A DNA stretch of 64,000 nt from the NCBI GenBank assembly GCA_951406725.2, contig OX597817.1:45508001-45572000 (forward strand), in the 5' to 3' direction. How positions within the stretch are numbered: the first letter of the stretch is position 1; each line of letters opens with the position of its first letter. Source of the stretch: Octopus vulgaris (taxonomy: Eukaryota). Positions 40,641 to 54,639 of the stretch are shown piece by piece. Both the position numbers and the translations under genes were made by a program. The notes beneath the pieces were generated by a model. It saw nothing but the letters and a program-made list of their open reading frames with translations, was not told the DNA's origin and did not search any database.

Positions 40641-40646
<6 letters not shown>
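40381..40646 (+). mobile_element. Family E repeat with partial tandem duplication and intact minimal hammerhead
   Basis: Segment TTGGCGATTTT...CTATGTTTC(C/T)GAC present twice; matches 11532-11735. Confidence 0.8.
40511..40545 (+). ncRNA. Minimal type I hammerhead ribozyme motif (PLE type)
   Basis: Stem I GUUU/AAGC, core CUGACGA plus extra A, stem II GAGC-UCC-GCUC, GAAA, palindromic ACGU stem III, GUC cleavage triplet. Confidence 0.75.
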
Positions 40647-40713
<67 letters not shown>

Positions 40714-40849
40714 ATCAAATGTAAATGGTTGCGGATACCTATCCCGGAAAAAAACAGGAACAAAATCATCGAATCTTGATCAATGCAACTCTTGTAGAAT
40801 ATTCAAGTTTTCAGAGAATGTTTTCTGCTGCCATTAAACTTCCATTTGT

Positions 40850-41082
40850 TATTTCTTTATTGCCCACAAGGGGCTAAACACAGAGGGGCAAAACAAGGAC
40901 ATACAAAGGGATTAAGTCGATTATATTGACCCCAGTGTGCAACTGGTACTTAATTTATCGACCCCGAAAGGATGAATGGCAAATTCGACCGCGGCGGAAT
41001 TTGAAATCAGAATGTAACGGCAGAGGAAATACCGCAAAGCGTTTCGCCCAGCGCGCTAAGGTTTCTGCTAGCTCGCCGCCTT
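40850..41082 (-). mobile_element. SINE family B (B1 tail), full length
   Basis: Head GGCGGCGAGCTAGCAGAAACC through the tail GGGCAATAAAGAAATA. Confidence 0.9.
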
Positions 41083-41458
41083 AATATAATCCATTTTTGC
41101 CACAGCTTTGTGTGCTGCAGTGTCTTTTGAGGAGGAAGATTTTCTTATTTATATTTCATCATTTAATTTGTGATGATATTTGTTTGTGTCATTTTCAGTG
41201 TAACCTTTTCTGTAAAATCTCTGTGAGGGAAGAATTACGACTTATTTTGTTCGGCAACGTTTCTCTTTTGAATGTCGCTTGTTATGCATTGTAGTGTCGG
41301 CTGAGCATTACAAGTGTAATATTGTTTCATAGGGATATTGTTGATTAAGTGATGTGTGCATCGTGTTAGATCAGCTAGTTATACTTACATCATAATATCC
41401 GTTCTGAGACGATAACGATCAGTTTGTATTGTACTGAATTTAAACTGCTTTACATATA

Positions 41459-41858
41459 GGCGCAGGAGTCGATGTGTGGTAAGTAGCTTGCTTACCAATC
41501 ACATGGTTCCGAGTTCAGTCCCCACTGCGTGGCACCTTGGGCACGTGTATTCTACTATAACCCCGGGCCGACCAAAGCCTTGTGAGTGGATTTGGTAGAC
41601 GGAAACTGAAAGAAGCCCGTCGTATATATGTATATGTATATATGTATGTGTGTGTGTGTGTTTGTATGTCTGTGTCAACCGATGCTGGTGTGTCTAAAAC
41701 TTGGTAACTTAGTGGTTCGGCAACAGAGGCCGATAGAATAAGTACTAGGCTTACAAAGAATAAGTCCTGGGGTCGATTTGCTCGACTAAAGGCGGTGTAC
41801 CAGCATGGCTGCAGTCAAATGACCGAAACAAGTAAAAGAATAAAAGAGTAAAGAGTAA
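41459..41858 (+). mobile_element. SINE family A, full length
   Basis: Head GGCGCAGGAG.. through an (AAAGAGT)n tail. Confidence 0.92.
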
Positions 41859-42352
41859 GACTATACGATATAGTGTGTGCCAGGTGATGCTCTTTTTTTT
41901 TTAACATTAGGATTATTGTTATGCCGGTGTATTTTTACCCACACTTCCTTTTGTCATAACATGTAGGCGAAATATCAGCGCTTCTGTGATTTTCATGCCT
42001 AATATCTTTTTTTTTAATTTCAACAAATAGATTCTTCTACTTGACAGCTTTCCCATATTTTTGCAGTGCGTTCAACGGTCTATATGGGTTGAAATGTCAA
42101 TCACGCCACAGGAAATTCTCTATCAGTTTTCGACAGCAAAATCTAGATGACTTGCATTTAATTTATTTTCAGTTTTCACAGGAATGTTCCAGATGATTAA
42201 GATCATGTAAAAATCATGTACCATTTAAGGTAAACAATTATAGCAGTGATTACTTCCATATGTAAATACTGGTATATATCTCAGTAGGGATATAATATAC
42301 AGCTGTGATTTTCATCATATCAGGGAGGGAATAAGCAAGAAGAATTAATATA

Positions 42353-42584
42353 TATTTCTTTACTTCCTACAAGGGGCTAAACACAAAGAGGACCAATAAG
42401 GATAGACAAACGGATTAAGTCGATTACATCGATCCCAGTGCGTCACTAGTACTTAATTTATCGAACCCGAAAGGATGAAAAGCAAAGTCGAACTCGGCAG
42501 AATTTGAACTCAGAACGCAGCGGCGGACGAAATAACACAAAGCATTTCGCCCGGCGTGCTAACGTTTGTGCCAGCTCGCGCCCT
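42353..42584 (-). mobile_element. SINE family B (B1 tail) with 16-bp TSD
   Basis: AAGAAGAATTAATATA at 42337-42352 and 42585-42600. Confidence 0.93.
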
Positions 42585-42953
42585 AAGAAGAATTAATATA
42601 GTGAACTGTCAGACCCTTTTTATTGGTTATATTTTATGCACTCTGTATTAGCATATATAAATTTTAGAACTGTTGCTTATATACAGCTGAAAGTGTACCC
42701 TTGACTCTACATTCAGCTGAAAGGTATTTGGACTTAGATTGTTGACTCGTTAAGATTACTTTCAAAATGGCGTTGTGTGTAGTTTTGGTTACTGAGTGGA
42801 TTTTCTCTCTTTTCCTTGCAAATTTTCTAATTATAATTATTGTTTTATCGTCATGCAAATTTCTTAGTCAAAGTTTTTCGTTTCCAGTTCGTAACTGATT
42901 TATTTGTTACAACTGTGTATGTGTGTGTGCGCGCGTGTGTGGGTATGTCTAAT

Positions 42954-43010
<57 letters not shown>

Positions 43011-43811
43011 TTCACCTCTTATGACACTAATGAACGAACTCATTAATGTACTAAAGAAGCATGAAAGGAATCCAAATATTTTTTTCTAGCAAGAGTGTTG
43101 CTAATTTGTAACGATTTTTTCACTCACGAAGAAGACATCTTTCCTCTCCGCTGGCATATTGTAGTCATAAGTGTTAATGGACGATGATTTCACATCGCTT
43201 TTTATAGTTTCTCTGTGCTTTGTATTTGAGATGTTCAATGTACTTTCCTTTCAATTCATCTGTTGTATCTCTAGTGTATAGCTTAGATGACTGTCGTATT
43301 TATAAGTATTATATTATTTCTATCACTGGCTTCAGTATTTTTTTTCATTACAGTGGTATATCTTTGGTTTTCTAATTTCTAATTTTCTTCACCATTATTC
43401 TGTGTTGACTATTATCCGCTTTATCTATCTCCTAGTATTTATGTAGTAATTTAAAGTCTGATTCTGTTAGACTATAGATTACTAATTCTATATTGCTGCT
43501 GTACATAACCTAATGTTCGCAGATATGTTAATTTGTTCCTCTATTACCTTTTTCACAAGTGTCTAGTTCCATACACATTTCTATGACTGCATTGAGTATA
43601 AGAACCGCCATTTCAGCTGGTGTTGTACGTGATGTTATTCCTTGAAAATTTTAAAGAAATCCAATGTGTTATTGTCTTTTATTGAATTTTAATGAAGGAA
43701 TTTTTTATCTGCTTGGAAAGAAGTTACAGATCCGTAGCGTTGGCTTCCTGTACAATTTTGGTTTTGAGGAATTAATATTGTTACGTTTATGTAAGAAAGA
43801 AGAACGCAAAG

Positions 43812-43855
43812 GACCACTGATGAGGTTACAGAAGTGTGACGAAAGAACTCTGGCC
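43812..43855 (+). ncRNA. Minimal type I hammerhead ribozyme motif
   Basis: GACCA-CUGAUGA-G-GUUACA-gaag-UGUGAC-GAAA-GaaC-UC-UGGCC: 6-bp stem II (one G-U), AG/CU stem III, CUC triplet, stem I 4 of 5 paired. Confidence 0.75.
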
Positions 43856-45026
43856 GAAATAAGATTAAGATTAATGTAAAAATAAATAAAGCTGAAGCAA
43901 ATTAACACCAACTATATAGTGCGTGTGTTTTTATTGGCTAAACTGGCAAAATGACCATTCCTAAATACAACAACAATTAATATTGTGTTATAAATTAACA
44001 GTCAATCGGGTGTTGATTCTGTTACGCTTTAGATGTCATTGTGGCGCACCATCATACACAAATGAGCTCAATTTCGGCTCTTCAACTTCAAAATGGGAAT
44101 ATTGTCAATACCATTTTCTCTCTACTTACTTTCAATTCTTCATTTATTGTTGAAATCTCATACCAGTTATATTTAGTTATGCTTGTGTCTCGATTATATA
44201 TTTATCTGCGCTTCTGTTCCACATTTGTTATTGCGGAGAATTTCTTTTTCCTTTTTTTTTTCACATTTCTTCACAATATTTGTTAATTTCCGTTCAACTT
44301 GTTCAATTCCCCAATATTATGTTGTTGTTGTTATTTTGTTTTATTCAATTACAGCGCTCTGCTGAAAAAAAGCTCTCATCTTTTATATAGCATCTTACAC
44401 AGCGTACTTTTGCTGATAAGATTTTCTTAAAAGCGCCGTCATTTTTCATTCATGTATTTTTTCGTTATTTGGGTTTCTTTCTTTCCCTACATGATTGATC
44501 CTTTCTTTTCTCTTCGCTATTTACCGAGAGAATTTATCATGTTGCTTGTATTGATTTATGGAAGGTCGTATTTTCGTGTCGTTTTTGTTTTATATTCATA
44601 GCATATTCTTCACATAATTTGTTCTATTTAAATCTTTGGGATCGTGACATCATTTATTATAAATGTCCGTAAATCCACAATGGTTTTTTCCTTTCACACT
44701 TCATCAAATGCTTTTATTTTTTAACCCTCCTCCAACATATCTGCTTACTTGATAATGATATTATGTGTTGATTATAGAGCTGATGTGTAATGGGAATATA
44801 ACGCTTCGATGACCTCGTCATTAATCCAATATTTTCTTTGAAATTATTTTTATTCCGAGCATAACAGTAAGATATTGCAATTTTTCTCCGCAGTGAATCG
44901 TTTGGGCGTATACGGCTTCTCGAATTACACGTTACACTGCGTTTGCATCAAGATCGCAAAATTCTTACAACCAAAACTCCATGTTAATCCTGAGTACGCC
45001 GGTTGTGAATTTTGTGGATGATTGTT

Positions 45027-45428
45027 GGATCTTTTCGGTTTGAACGGCAGAAAAAGAGTAAAGAGTAAACACTTTTTAACTTCGTATACTGGTAGAATGT
45101 GTTTATAAAACATCTTTTTCTCTTGGCTTTATTGAGAAAATTCGATAGTTTGTACGATATTTGTTGTTTTTTTCTTCAATTTATGCAATTTCAACCAATC
45201 AATGACGTCTATTGAGGTGAACAATTCTGTGCCATATGAATGTGTCCCTCGTTTAAGAAACAGATTGGGTTTATTTACATTTCTGAAGAAAAAAATACCC
45301 TTCCCCCACCCCTAACCCTAACTCTAAAAGAGATTGAAATGCAATAGATCGATACTAGGGTCATAATTATGGGTGACAATTTCATATGATACCGCTAGAA
45401 AAAACTGCCGTTCAAACCTAAAAGATCG
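45027..45428. mobile_element. MITE with ~24-bp TIRs and 8-bp TSD (Merlin-like by GG terminus and TSD length; superfamily inferred)
   Basis: GGATCTTTTCGGTTTGAACGGCAG / CTGCCGTTCAAACCTAAAAGATCG; flanks TGATTGTT / TCATTGTT; internal CCCTAACCCTAACTCTAA. Confidence 0.85.
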
Positions 45429-46194
45429 TCATTGTTTTATCTTAGAAAATAATCGATTTTGTCTTAAAGCCCCCACCCAAATTTGATCCAAGCAGCAGAA
45501 AAATTACCACTTCTTCTATGTGACCCTAGCTACTTACGATGAGGAGAAACGATTCACTGAGGGAAAGGATCAGCAGAATAAGTAGGAAGAAATAAAAAGA
45601 GTCGATGAGGAAAGCAGCATTTTCCAAAACATAGTAAGGGGACCATACCCTAGAAGATGACAGGAATTTCATGAACTTAAAAAGAAGAAGCACCTTCATC
45701 AGATTGATCCTGTAGCTGTCGGTTAACCAAGAAAGATGAAGAGGTATTGTATAGCACCCATATGCATAATACAGACAATATATTTTGGCATGGCCAACGA
45801 AAAAAGGAAGAAAGAAAGTTTAAAGAGAAGTATGTCTATTCATATTTTCAATATGGTGGGTAGAAAAGTGACATGTTCACATACAACCCATACGCGAATG
45901 TATTACACAAATGTTCTTTACATTGTTTAACTCCCACGATACCAACCCGGATGCAACCGCCTCAGACCCTGCCATAAAAAGGTTTTGAATTAAAATCTTC
46001 CACGAAACCTTAGTCACAATTTATGTTCCTAACACTTGCGTAATGAAAACTAAGTTATTTTACTAAATTTCTTGTTATATTTAAAATTAATAGAAGGAAA
46101 CACAGAACATCTCAACAGAAATATAGTAACAAAAGGTTTAAATTATAATTTGTATTAGTTCCTATATAGTTTCATATAATTCTATATTTATCGC

Positions 46195-46472
46195 GAGTGA
46201 AGGAAGGCGGCTTTGTGGTTAAGGTCTTCTGCGAGATGTGTTCTTAAGTAAGACGCTTAATTTCACGTTGCTTTGAGCCACTCAATTGACAAAAATGAGT
46301 TATATATGTGTATCAAAATGCCAGCCTCATCATATTCTGTGTCAAGTTGAATCTTCCCGAGAACTATGTATGCGTGTCTGTTGTGTATTCAGCCATTTGC
46401 CCGTTACCTTCACAGGCAGCCTGTTTCGTTGATCACATCAACTGGATGTCTCGTCGTCATAACCGACGGTGG
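46195..46472 (+). mobile_element. Old SINE family C variant (M2 plus T1)
   Basis: TTTCACGTTGCT..CACTCA..AAAAATGAGT middle; tail CCCGAGAACTA...TCAACTGGA..CTCGTCGTCATAACCGACGG as in the 52530 copy. Confidence 0.7.
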
Positions 46473-47697
46473 GTCAGATAAGTTAGATTTATCATATTTT
46501 TTAAATCATTCTAAATCTGGAATATGTTCATGCCTATCCTTTCATTTTTAGGGCTCTATGACTTGTCCGTCCCTTAATATTTTTCTAGATTACATACTTT
46601 AACACTTTGATTAGAGCAATTTATTTTTTTTCTGTAGTTATACTTGTTAGAAGAAAGCATCTTTTCCAAGTAAAGATATCACCACATGATTTCGATTTTT
46701 TCATAGAGAGCAAGCAAGAAAATAATTTATGCTTATATTGAAACTGTCGAAGATAACTTAGTTTGCCATATATAAATATATTACTTGTCTTCTGAGAATT
46801 TCTGTCAATACTAATCACAGTATGTCTTAGAACATGACATAATGACATAAGTATTGTAATTTTGTTGACTGGCGATAAATCAACCGTGAGGAGAATAAAA
46901 GATATGAGACTATATTTTTAAGATGAATATATGTTTGGACAACCTATATACATAATTTTAACAAAATGTGGTGAATATACCTGAATATAGCTATGTTGTT
47001 CAAAGGCACCCGTCTGGCCACACTATGGTACATCTCTAAGCTCATTAATTATTTAAACTATGCAAATTAGCTAAGCTATGATAGTGATCTACTCTTTGGT
47101 GTATATGTGTAATTCGTTTTGTGACTGGAGGTAAGACATGATAGTTTTTGTGCTGATGGCTCATACTGAGGTTGAAACACGTGTCCACGTCTGTCGCCTT
47201 ATCTGGAGAGAGTAATCTTGTCTTTTTCCTTCACGGCCTGTCAACGTCGGAGATGCTTTTCCTTTAGATTATCTCCCCTCCTTATATGAGTCTAATTTCA
47301 ACTGTCTCATGGTATTTGTGACTCATAATCTACAAGCTGAAATAAATGTAATAGATCATGAGTTTACCTTGTAAGGTATTTGATATAACTTTTGTCTATG
47401 TTATTCTTTTAAATGTCACCATTTATTTTCCCTGAGCCATTTTTGGCAAAGACAATAAACTTTAAATGCGTCTGTCAGTTCAGATAGATTTATTCAGAAA
47501 AAGCGGAGTTAGGTATAGCTAACGAAAGAATATTGGGAAAAAGCAATTTTGAGATTAAAAACAGTTTCTTCATTATAGTTACCATGCAATATTGTACAAG
47601 TACGAGAACACTTAGTATTGAATACATTGGTACATTTTAAGCCTGTTTTAATAGTAAAACGTAAACCGGGAATTAAATATTTCGTAACCACAAATAG

Positions 47698-48158
47698 GTG
47701 AGACCCATATTGGAGTACGGGATTCAAGCCTCTTCTCCTTATCTCCTCAAAGACATACAGCACCTCGAAAGAGTCCAGAAGCTGGCTACCCGCATGGTTC
47801 TTGGTCTCAAGAATTTGTCTTATGAAGAAAGGCTGAAGACGCTCGACCTTTATTCTCTAGAAAAACGACGACGCCGTGGTGATCTCATTCTTGCTCACAT
47901 CATAAGCGGAAAGTGTAACCTCTCGAAAGAGCTGTTCTTCACTCCTGCTCCAGAGCGTCCGCTGCGGGGTCATTCCAAAAAGCTCTATCTGTAACGATTT
48001 CATCTCAATCGAAGGAGAGGGGCTTTCTCCGTCCGGGTTGCGGATCCGTGGAATAAGCTGCCGGACGAGATGGTGAAGATGCCGACGACCGCACGGTTCA
48101 AAGTCTCCCTTGACCACAAGTGGCCTGAACTCTTTACATAAACACCACCCTGTACATA
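47698..48158 (+). mobile_element. 5'-truncated CR1-clade LINE, ORF2 C-terminus
   Basis: VRPILEYG..SPY..KDI..LERVQ..ATRM..LSYEERL..L.LYSLEKRR.RGDLI...LRGHSKKL..FSVRV..WNKLP; one in-frame stop. Confidence 0.93.
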
Positions 48159-48827
48159 AAAGCAAAAGAGAGTAATTCTCGAGAGTGAGGCAAGATTCTT
48201 CATATACTGAGAGATTTGTATATTATTATCGAACTGATAATCATAAACACTCTTATTTATGTAGTTTTGGGTATATAATTTTTTTTCATAACATTCTATT
48301 AGAGCACACTCTGATTGTTCTACATTGCAGCCATTCGTCAAAACATAAATTGACTTCCTGAAACATATCTAGCTGAATGGATTTATGTAGTACTACCATA
48401 TGAGGTTGTTGTTTGAATTTCATGGACTCATTTCTTTATATTCTGATCGTGACGAAGTAAATAGAGTCGTTAAAATTATTGAATTATTCAATACAGAATC
48501 ACATCGACTGATATCTATTCAATCAAGTATAGAGCGTTACATGAAAAATAAACCTCGGATTAAGAAGAATTTAAGAGCAATATGTTGAATGGAGGCGACT
48601 GGGAAACAAACGCTTTTTGTTTAAATCGACATTCTGACAAATCTAAAAGTTCTACTTTCTAAAGGTATATCCAAATTGGCCAGAGAACTACAGAGAATGC
48701 GCGGTAACAATACTGAATCTGTTAAGATATTCTTCATCTGTTATTTATTTTCAACATTACACATGTTTGTTTAACGAAACATCGGCCAGCTAGTATTAAA
48801 ATTATATATGCAGATCATAAAAGTAGC

Positions 48828-49513
<686 letters not shown>

Positions 49514-50259
49514 TATATAAAATCATCTTACCATATTTGATACTGAGGGTTTCAAGAGAACTGATAAACATGCAAGGCAAAATAGGGAATATATTTAAGA
49601 AAACTAAAATATAATATAAAAAAACATTAGGTGAGCACTGTAGTTCGCTTGAATCATTGTGTATTGTTTGTAAATAATAAAAAGTTTTGAATTGTACAAC
49701 AATGCACAATAATACAGAATATGGTCTATATACCTGTTGTAATTTAGTCATCCATAGTTTGATATATTTTGGAATAATATTCCTTCTGCAGATATTCTTA
49801 GATGGAGTCGCTATGCGCACAAACTCCTACATATTTATCAATAGATATACTATAGATATACATTTTTTCTGCATCTCTTTGTTATTATCTGTAATTAATT
49901 TCCGTTTATATGTAACGGTGTATATGTGCGTCTGTGTAATGGCGTATATATGCACATGCAATATATGTCAGGCAAACGTACTTTAATAAAAAGTAAAATT
50001 TTAAATGCGAAATTGATAAATCTTCTACTCTTTCGCATAAAATTATTACAAATGACGGTTCTAATACATATACGATATCTGTGACATTTCAAATTATAAA
50101 GATTATTCATACTGCAGAAGACTATATGTAGCGGTGTATATGTGTGTCTGTGTGTGGGTGTACTTTACTTATAAAGGTAAATACATAACACAAAATTATA
50201 CACACTCATATACGAATAATAATAATACTTCGGCACATACACAATCAAGGACAATTTTA

Positions 50260-50870
50260 AGGCGGCCAGCTGGCAGCACACCGAGAGAAATGCTTAGCGT
50301 TATTTCGTCCGCCGCTACGTTCTGAGTTCAAATTGCGCCGAGGTCGACTTTACCTTTCATGCTTTCGGAGTCGATTAAATAAGTACCAGCTACGCGCTTG
50401 GGTCGATATAATCGACTTAATCCGTGCGCCTGTCCTTGTTTGTCCCTTCTGTGTTTAGCCCCCTTGTGGGTAGTAAAGAAGTAGGTATTTCGTCTGTCTT
50501 TACGTTCTGAGTTCAAATTCCGCCGAGGTCAACTTTGCCTTTCATCTTTCGGGTCCGATAAATTAAGTACCAGTTACGTACTGGTGTCGATATAATCGAC
50601 TTATCAGTTTGTTTGTCCTTGTTTGTGTTCTGTATGTGTAGCCCCTTGTGGGCAGTAAAGAAATAAGAAACTTTAGCACGCCGGGCGAAATCCTTAGCTG
50701 TATTTCGTCTGTCTTTACATTCTGAGTTCAAATTCCGCCGAGGTCGACTTTGCTGTTCATCCCTTCGGTAAATTTGATAAATTAACTACCAGTTGCGTAC
50801 TGGGGTCTATGTAATTGACTTCCCTCACTCACACAAATTTTCAGACCTTATGCTTAGAGTCGAAAAGATT
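50260..50870 (+). mobile_element. Trimer of family B SINE (B1, B1, then B2 tail)
   Basis: Three copies of TTCTGAGTTCAAATT..GAGGTC(G/A)ACTTT..CAT; junctions restart inside the tRNA head. Confidence 0.9.
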
Positions 50871-51730
50871 CAAGTGTAATTTCAGAAACAATTGAAAAAA
50901 AAAAAAAAAAAAAAAACATTTTAGTAATATATGTACATGTAAACAAAGGACCCGAGCAAATATTTTGAACATCCTAGATTTATTTGGAATATATCTTATA
51001 CGTGAGTTGTGTGTAATATTTTCCTCTGCAATGTGACGTAATAGACATCTAACAATTTATGTGGTATGATATTACTTCTGAGAAAAGGATACTCTGGAAT
51101 AAATATTAGATACTTCTGTAATTGAACGCTTATATTTTTTTCAAAAAATGAATATGTATAAGATAATTCTATTAAAGTTTTAACATGATCCTCACATCAA
51201 AGCGTAATAAAGACAACTTGGAGAAAGCAGTAAATTTATACATTAGGGAGATCAGCGACCAAAATGGTCTGATATGTGGTTCAACAACAGTAATAAAGCG
51301 AATATTTATGGACAAAGCGTCGAGACATACATCTTGTATACCTGGTTTATATATTCACGCTTGTCACCTCAGATAATAATATGCATCGCCATCTTGCTAA
51401 ATTTAGAAATAGAAATCTCGAATTATTACAAAGGGCGTGAGTGGCGTAAGCACTCTTTTCAAATAAAAATCTATAAGCGAACATGTAAACGGCAGAAATG
51501 TTTCTAATATGATACATAAAATCTTTCACTGTTGCTCTTATATATATTTCAGTATTGTTATATACGATTGAATCTCAGAAACTGTTTCCTTCTATACAGG
51601 AAAACCAATATAATTAAAAACGGAAGATAAAGCATAAATACAGAAGTACAAATCATAGGAAGTTAGAAATAATACCATATAGCCGAACACGTTCAATGGG
51701 GTTGACACCAAAATAAAATGTTCAGTTGTA

Positions 51731-52065
<335 letters not shown>

Positions 52066-52529
52066 CGTATTAATAATATTTACTGAATCTCAGTTTTTTA
52101 TGCGCTAAACCACTGGTGTTGAATTGATGTTATTAAATTAATATACAATTTTTTCACCCTCATTTTGATTATATATATATATATTTATATATATATTTAT
52201 ATATATATATATTTATATGTGTGTGTGTGTGTGTGTGTATGTTTGTATGTGTGTGTTTATGTGTGTGCGTGTGTGTGTTTGTTGGCATCCTCAGATATTC
52301 GAGAGAACGTGGAATTAGTTTATTTTGGAATTGTGTCTGTAGATAAATATAACACTACAATTAATAGCATGTAAATATTCTCTTGAAAAACATTTTTAAA
52401 ACATGGTTTTAAAAAGAAAAAAAATAATATCGACGGATTCTTGTGGGGTTAGAACCCACAAGTCCTGAAGACATGACGGGCGTTCCATTAATATACCAAA
52501 ACAACCCATCGAATAACTGCATCCATTAT

Positions 52530-52915
52530 GTGAGAAGCACTCCGTCGGTTACGACGACGAGTGTTCCGGTTGATCCGATCAACGGAACAGCCTGCTCGTG
52601 AAATTAACGTGTAAGTGGCTGAGCATTCCCCAGACACGTGTACCCTTAACGTAGTTCTCGGGGATATTCAGCGTGACACAGAGAGTGACAAGGCCGGCCC
52701 TTTGAAATACAGGTACAACAGAAACAGGAAGTAAGAGTGAGAGAAAGTTGTGGTGAAAGAGTACAGCAGGGATCACCACCATCCCCTGCCAGAGCCTCGT
52801 GGAGCTTTATGTGTTTTCGCTCAATAAACACTCACAACGCCCGGTCTGGGAATTGAAACCGCGATCCTACAACCGCGAGTCCCCTGCCCTAACCACTGGG
52901 CCATTGCGCCTCCAC
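52530..52915 (-). mobile_element. SINE family C (M1 plus T1), full length with TSD
   Basis: Head GTGGAGGCGCAATGGCCCAGTGGTTAGGGC; TSD ATCCATTAT at 52521-52529 and 52916-52924. Confidence 0.93.
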
Positions 52916-53580
52916 ATCCATTATAGAAATGTTATTACTACCAACGAGAATTGTAACGCGCAAGAGTTAAGCATAATAACCTCAACACTGTCAAATGTTT
53001 GGTCTTTAGCATTGACAATATTGAAGGCTGCTCCTTTCGCAAACTAAAACAAGAACGCGTTTACATAAATAGAGGATGAAATAATAAAGGATGGAATCAC
53101 CCGCTGTCTATTAGCAATTGAATTACAAACATTTCTGAACGCATCTACCATCTATACGTATATGTTTGAACTTTAGTAGAAATATTTCGTACAAAAACAC
53201 GACAGCTTGTCATAATTTTAATGAAAATATCAACTATATTGGAGTTACACTGTTCAAGTTAAAATATGTAGTTGTGTTAATAAAAGTAGTGTTTCAGTTC
53301 ACCGACTAATGTAGCCATGACAACAAATTAAAAAAACCCCCACAGAGCAAGTTTGAAATATAGTCTGTTTGACACACAGAATTACGGTGTCAAAATAATA
53401 CATGCGACAAAGAATTTAGGCATAATCAGGTAATAAATACAAATTGATACAGCACACCATCTTGTATTACGCAAGAAATCTGAGATTCTTGACATCTGAG
53501 GAAACATTTTCTTATCAGTTTTACAAATGACATTCTGATAACATCAGTCTTCAGGATAACAGATATATTATATATATATA

Positions 53581-53709
<129 letters not shown>

Positions 53710-53714
53710 TAGAT

Positions 53715-53745
<31 letters not shown>

Positions 53746-53788
53746 AAGATGGATAAATAGATACATAGATATATGGATTAATAGATGG

Positions 53789-53871
<83 letters not shown>

Positions 53872-54639
53872 CGTATGCAAGAATTGTGTGCATGCGTTTG
53901 TGCACACGCGCATAAGTGTTTATTTATTTATTCATTTATTTATATATGGCGAATCGTTGTCCGTACGCTTCTTTATATTTCAACGGCTTGAACCACAATG
54001 TTTATTTTGCGCGCGTATATGTCACATAAACCAGCATTTCGAAGAATAATGATTGATGATAGACTTCTATAAATACGAAGAATATAAATATCGATAAAAA
54101 TCTTGACAGCAATTTAAAGATAGAAACGACAAATATTTATAATCACGAGTGCATACCCTTTGAAGAACAAAGGTGCAGTAATATATGATATTTATATTCT
54201 ACATGCTTCTTTCGAAGTTGGAGAATGCCTCTGAATCCGGTGAATTTTAAACTCAGAATGCAAAAGTAACATAAATATCAGCTCCCCAACATTTTGACTG
54301 ATCTCCTTCACATTTTGCAAAAGGCTTCAAACGTGTTTCGTCACATGCTGAATGGCCACCATTTCATTTCGGGGGGATTATCTTCAGTTACGGAAATAAC
54401 GCTACTCAAACATCACTAATTTCTATAATCTGGATGAATGACAAGAGAAATTGATACTGTTGTGTTTGAAACCTGATCATTAATCGATATCTCAAGTTTC
54501 AGGACAACATTTTAGATAGGTCTAATGGCATTGTTATTTATTACTTTTTACCCCCGAGCGATCATTCATAAGCCCTGTTACTCAGGTTGGATGGCATATA
54601 ATTGACCGATACTACAACAATTCCTCTGAAGCGGACACA

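Noticed and set aside
45305-45330. Telomere or chromosome-fusion relic
   Set aside because: Only about 3 units, and they lie inside a TIR element.
45931-46137. piggyBac-like MITE between TTAA sites
   Set aside because: The putative TIRs match each other too poorly to support the call from this window alone.
54365-54390. CTGAAGA...CGAAA on the minus strand (similar isolated CTGANGA hits near 10044, 10350, 45696, 52465 and 57510)
   Set aside because: No stem II pairing; such 7-mers are expected by chance in 64 kb.
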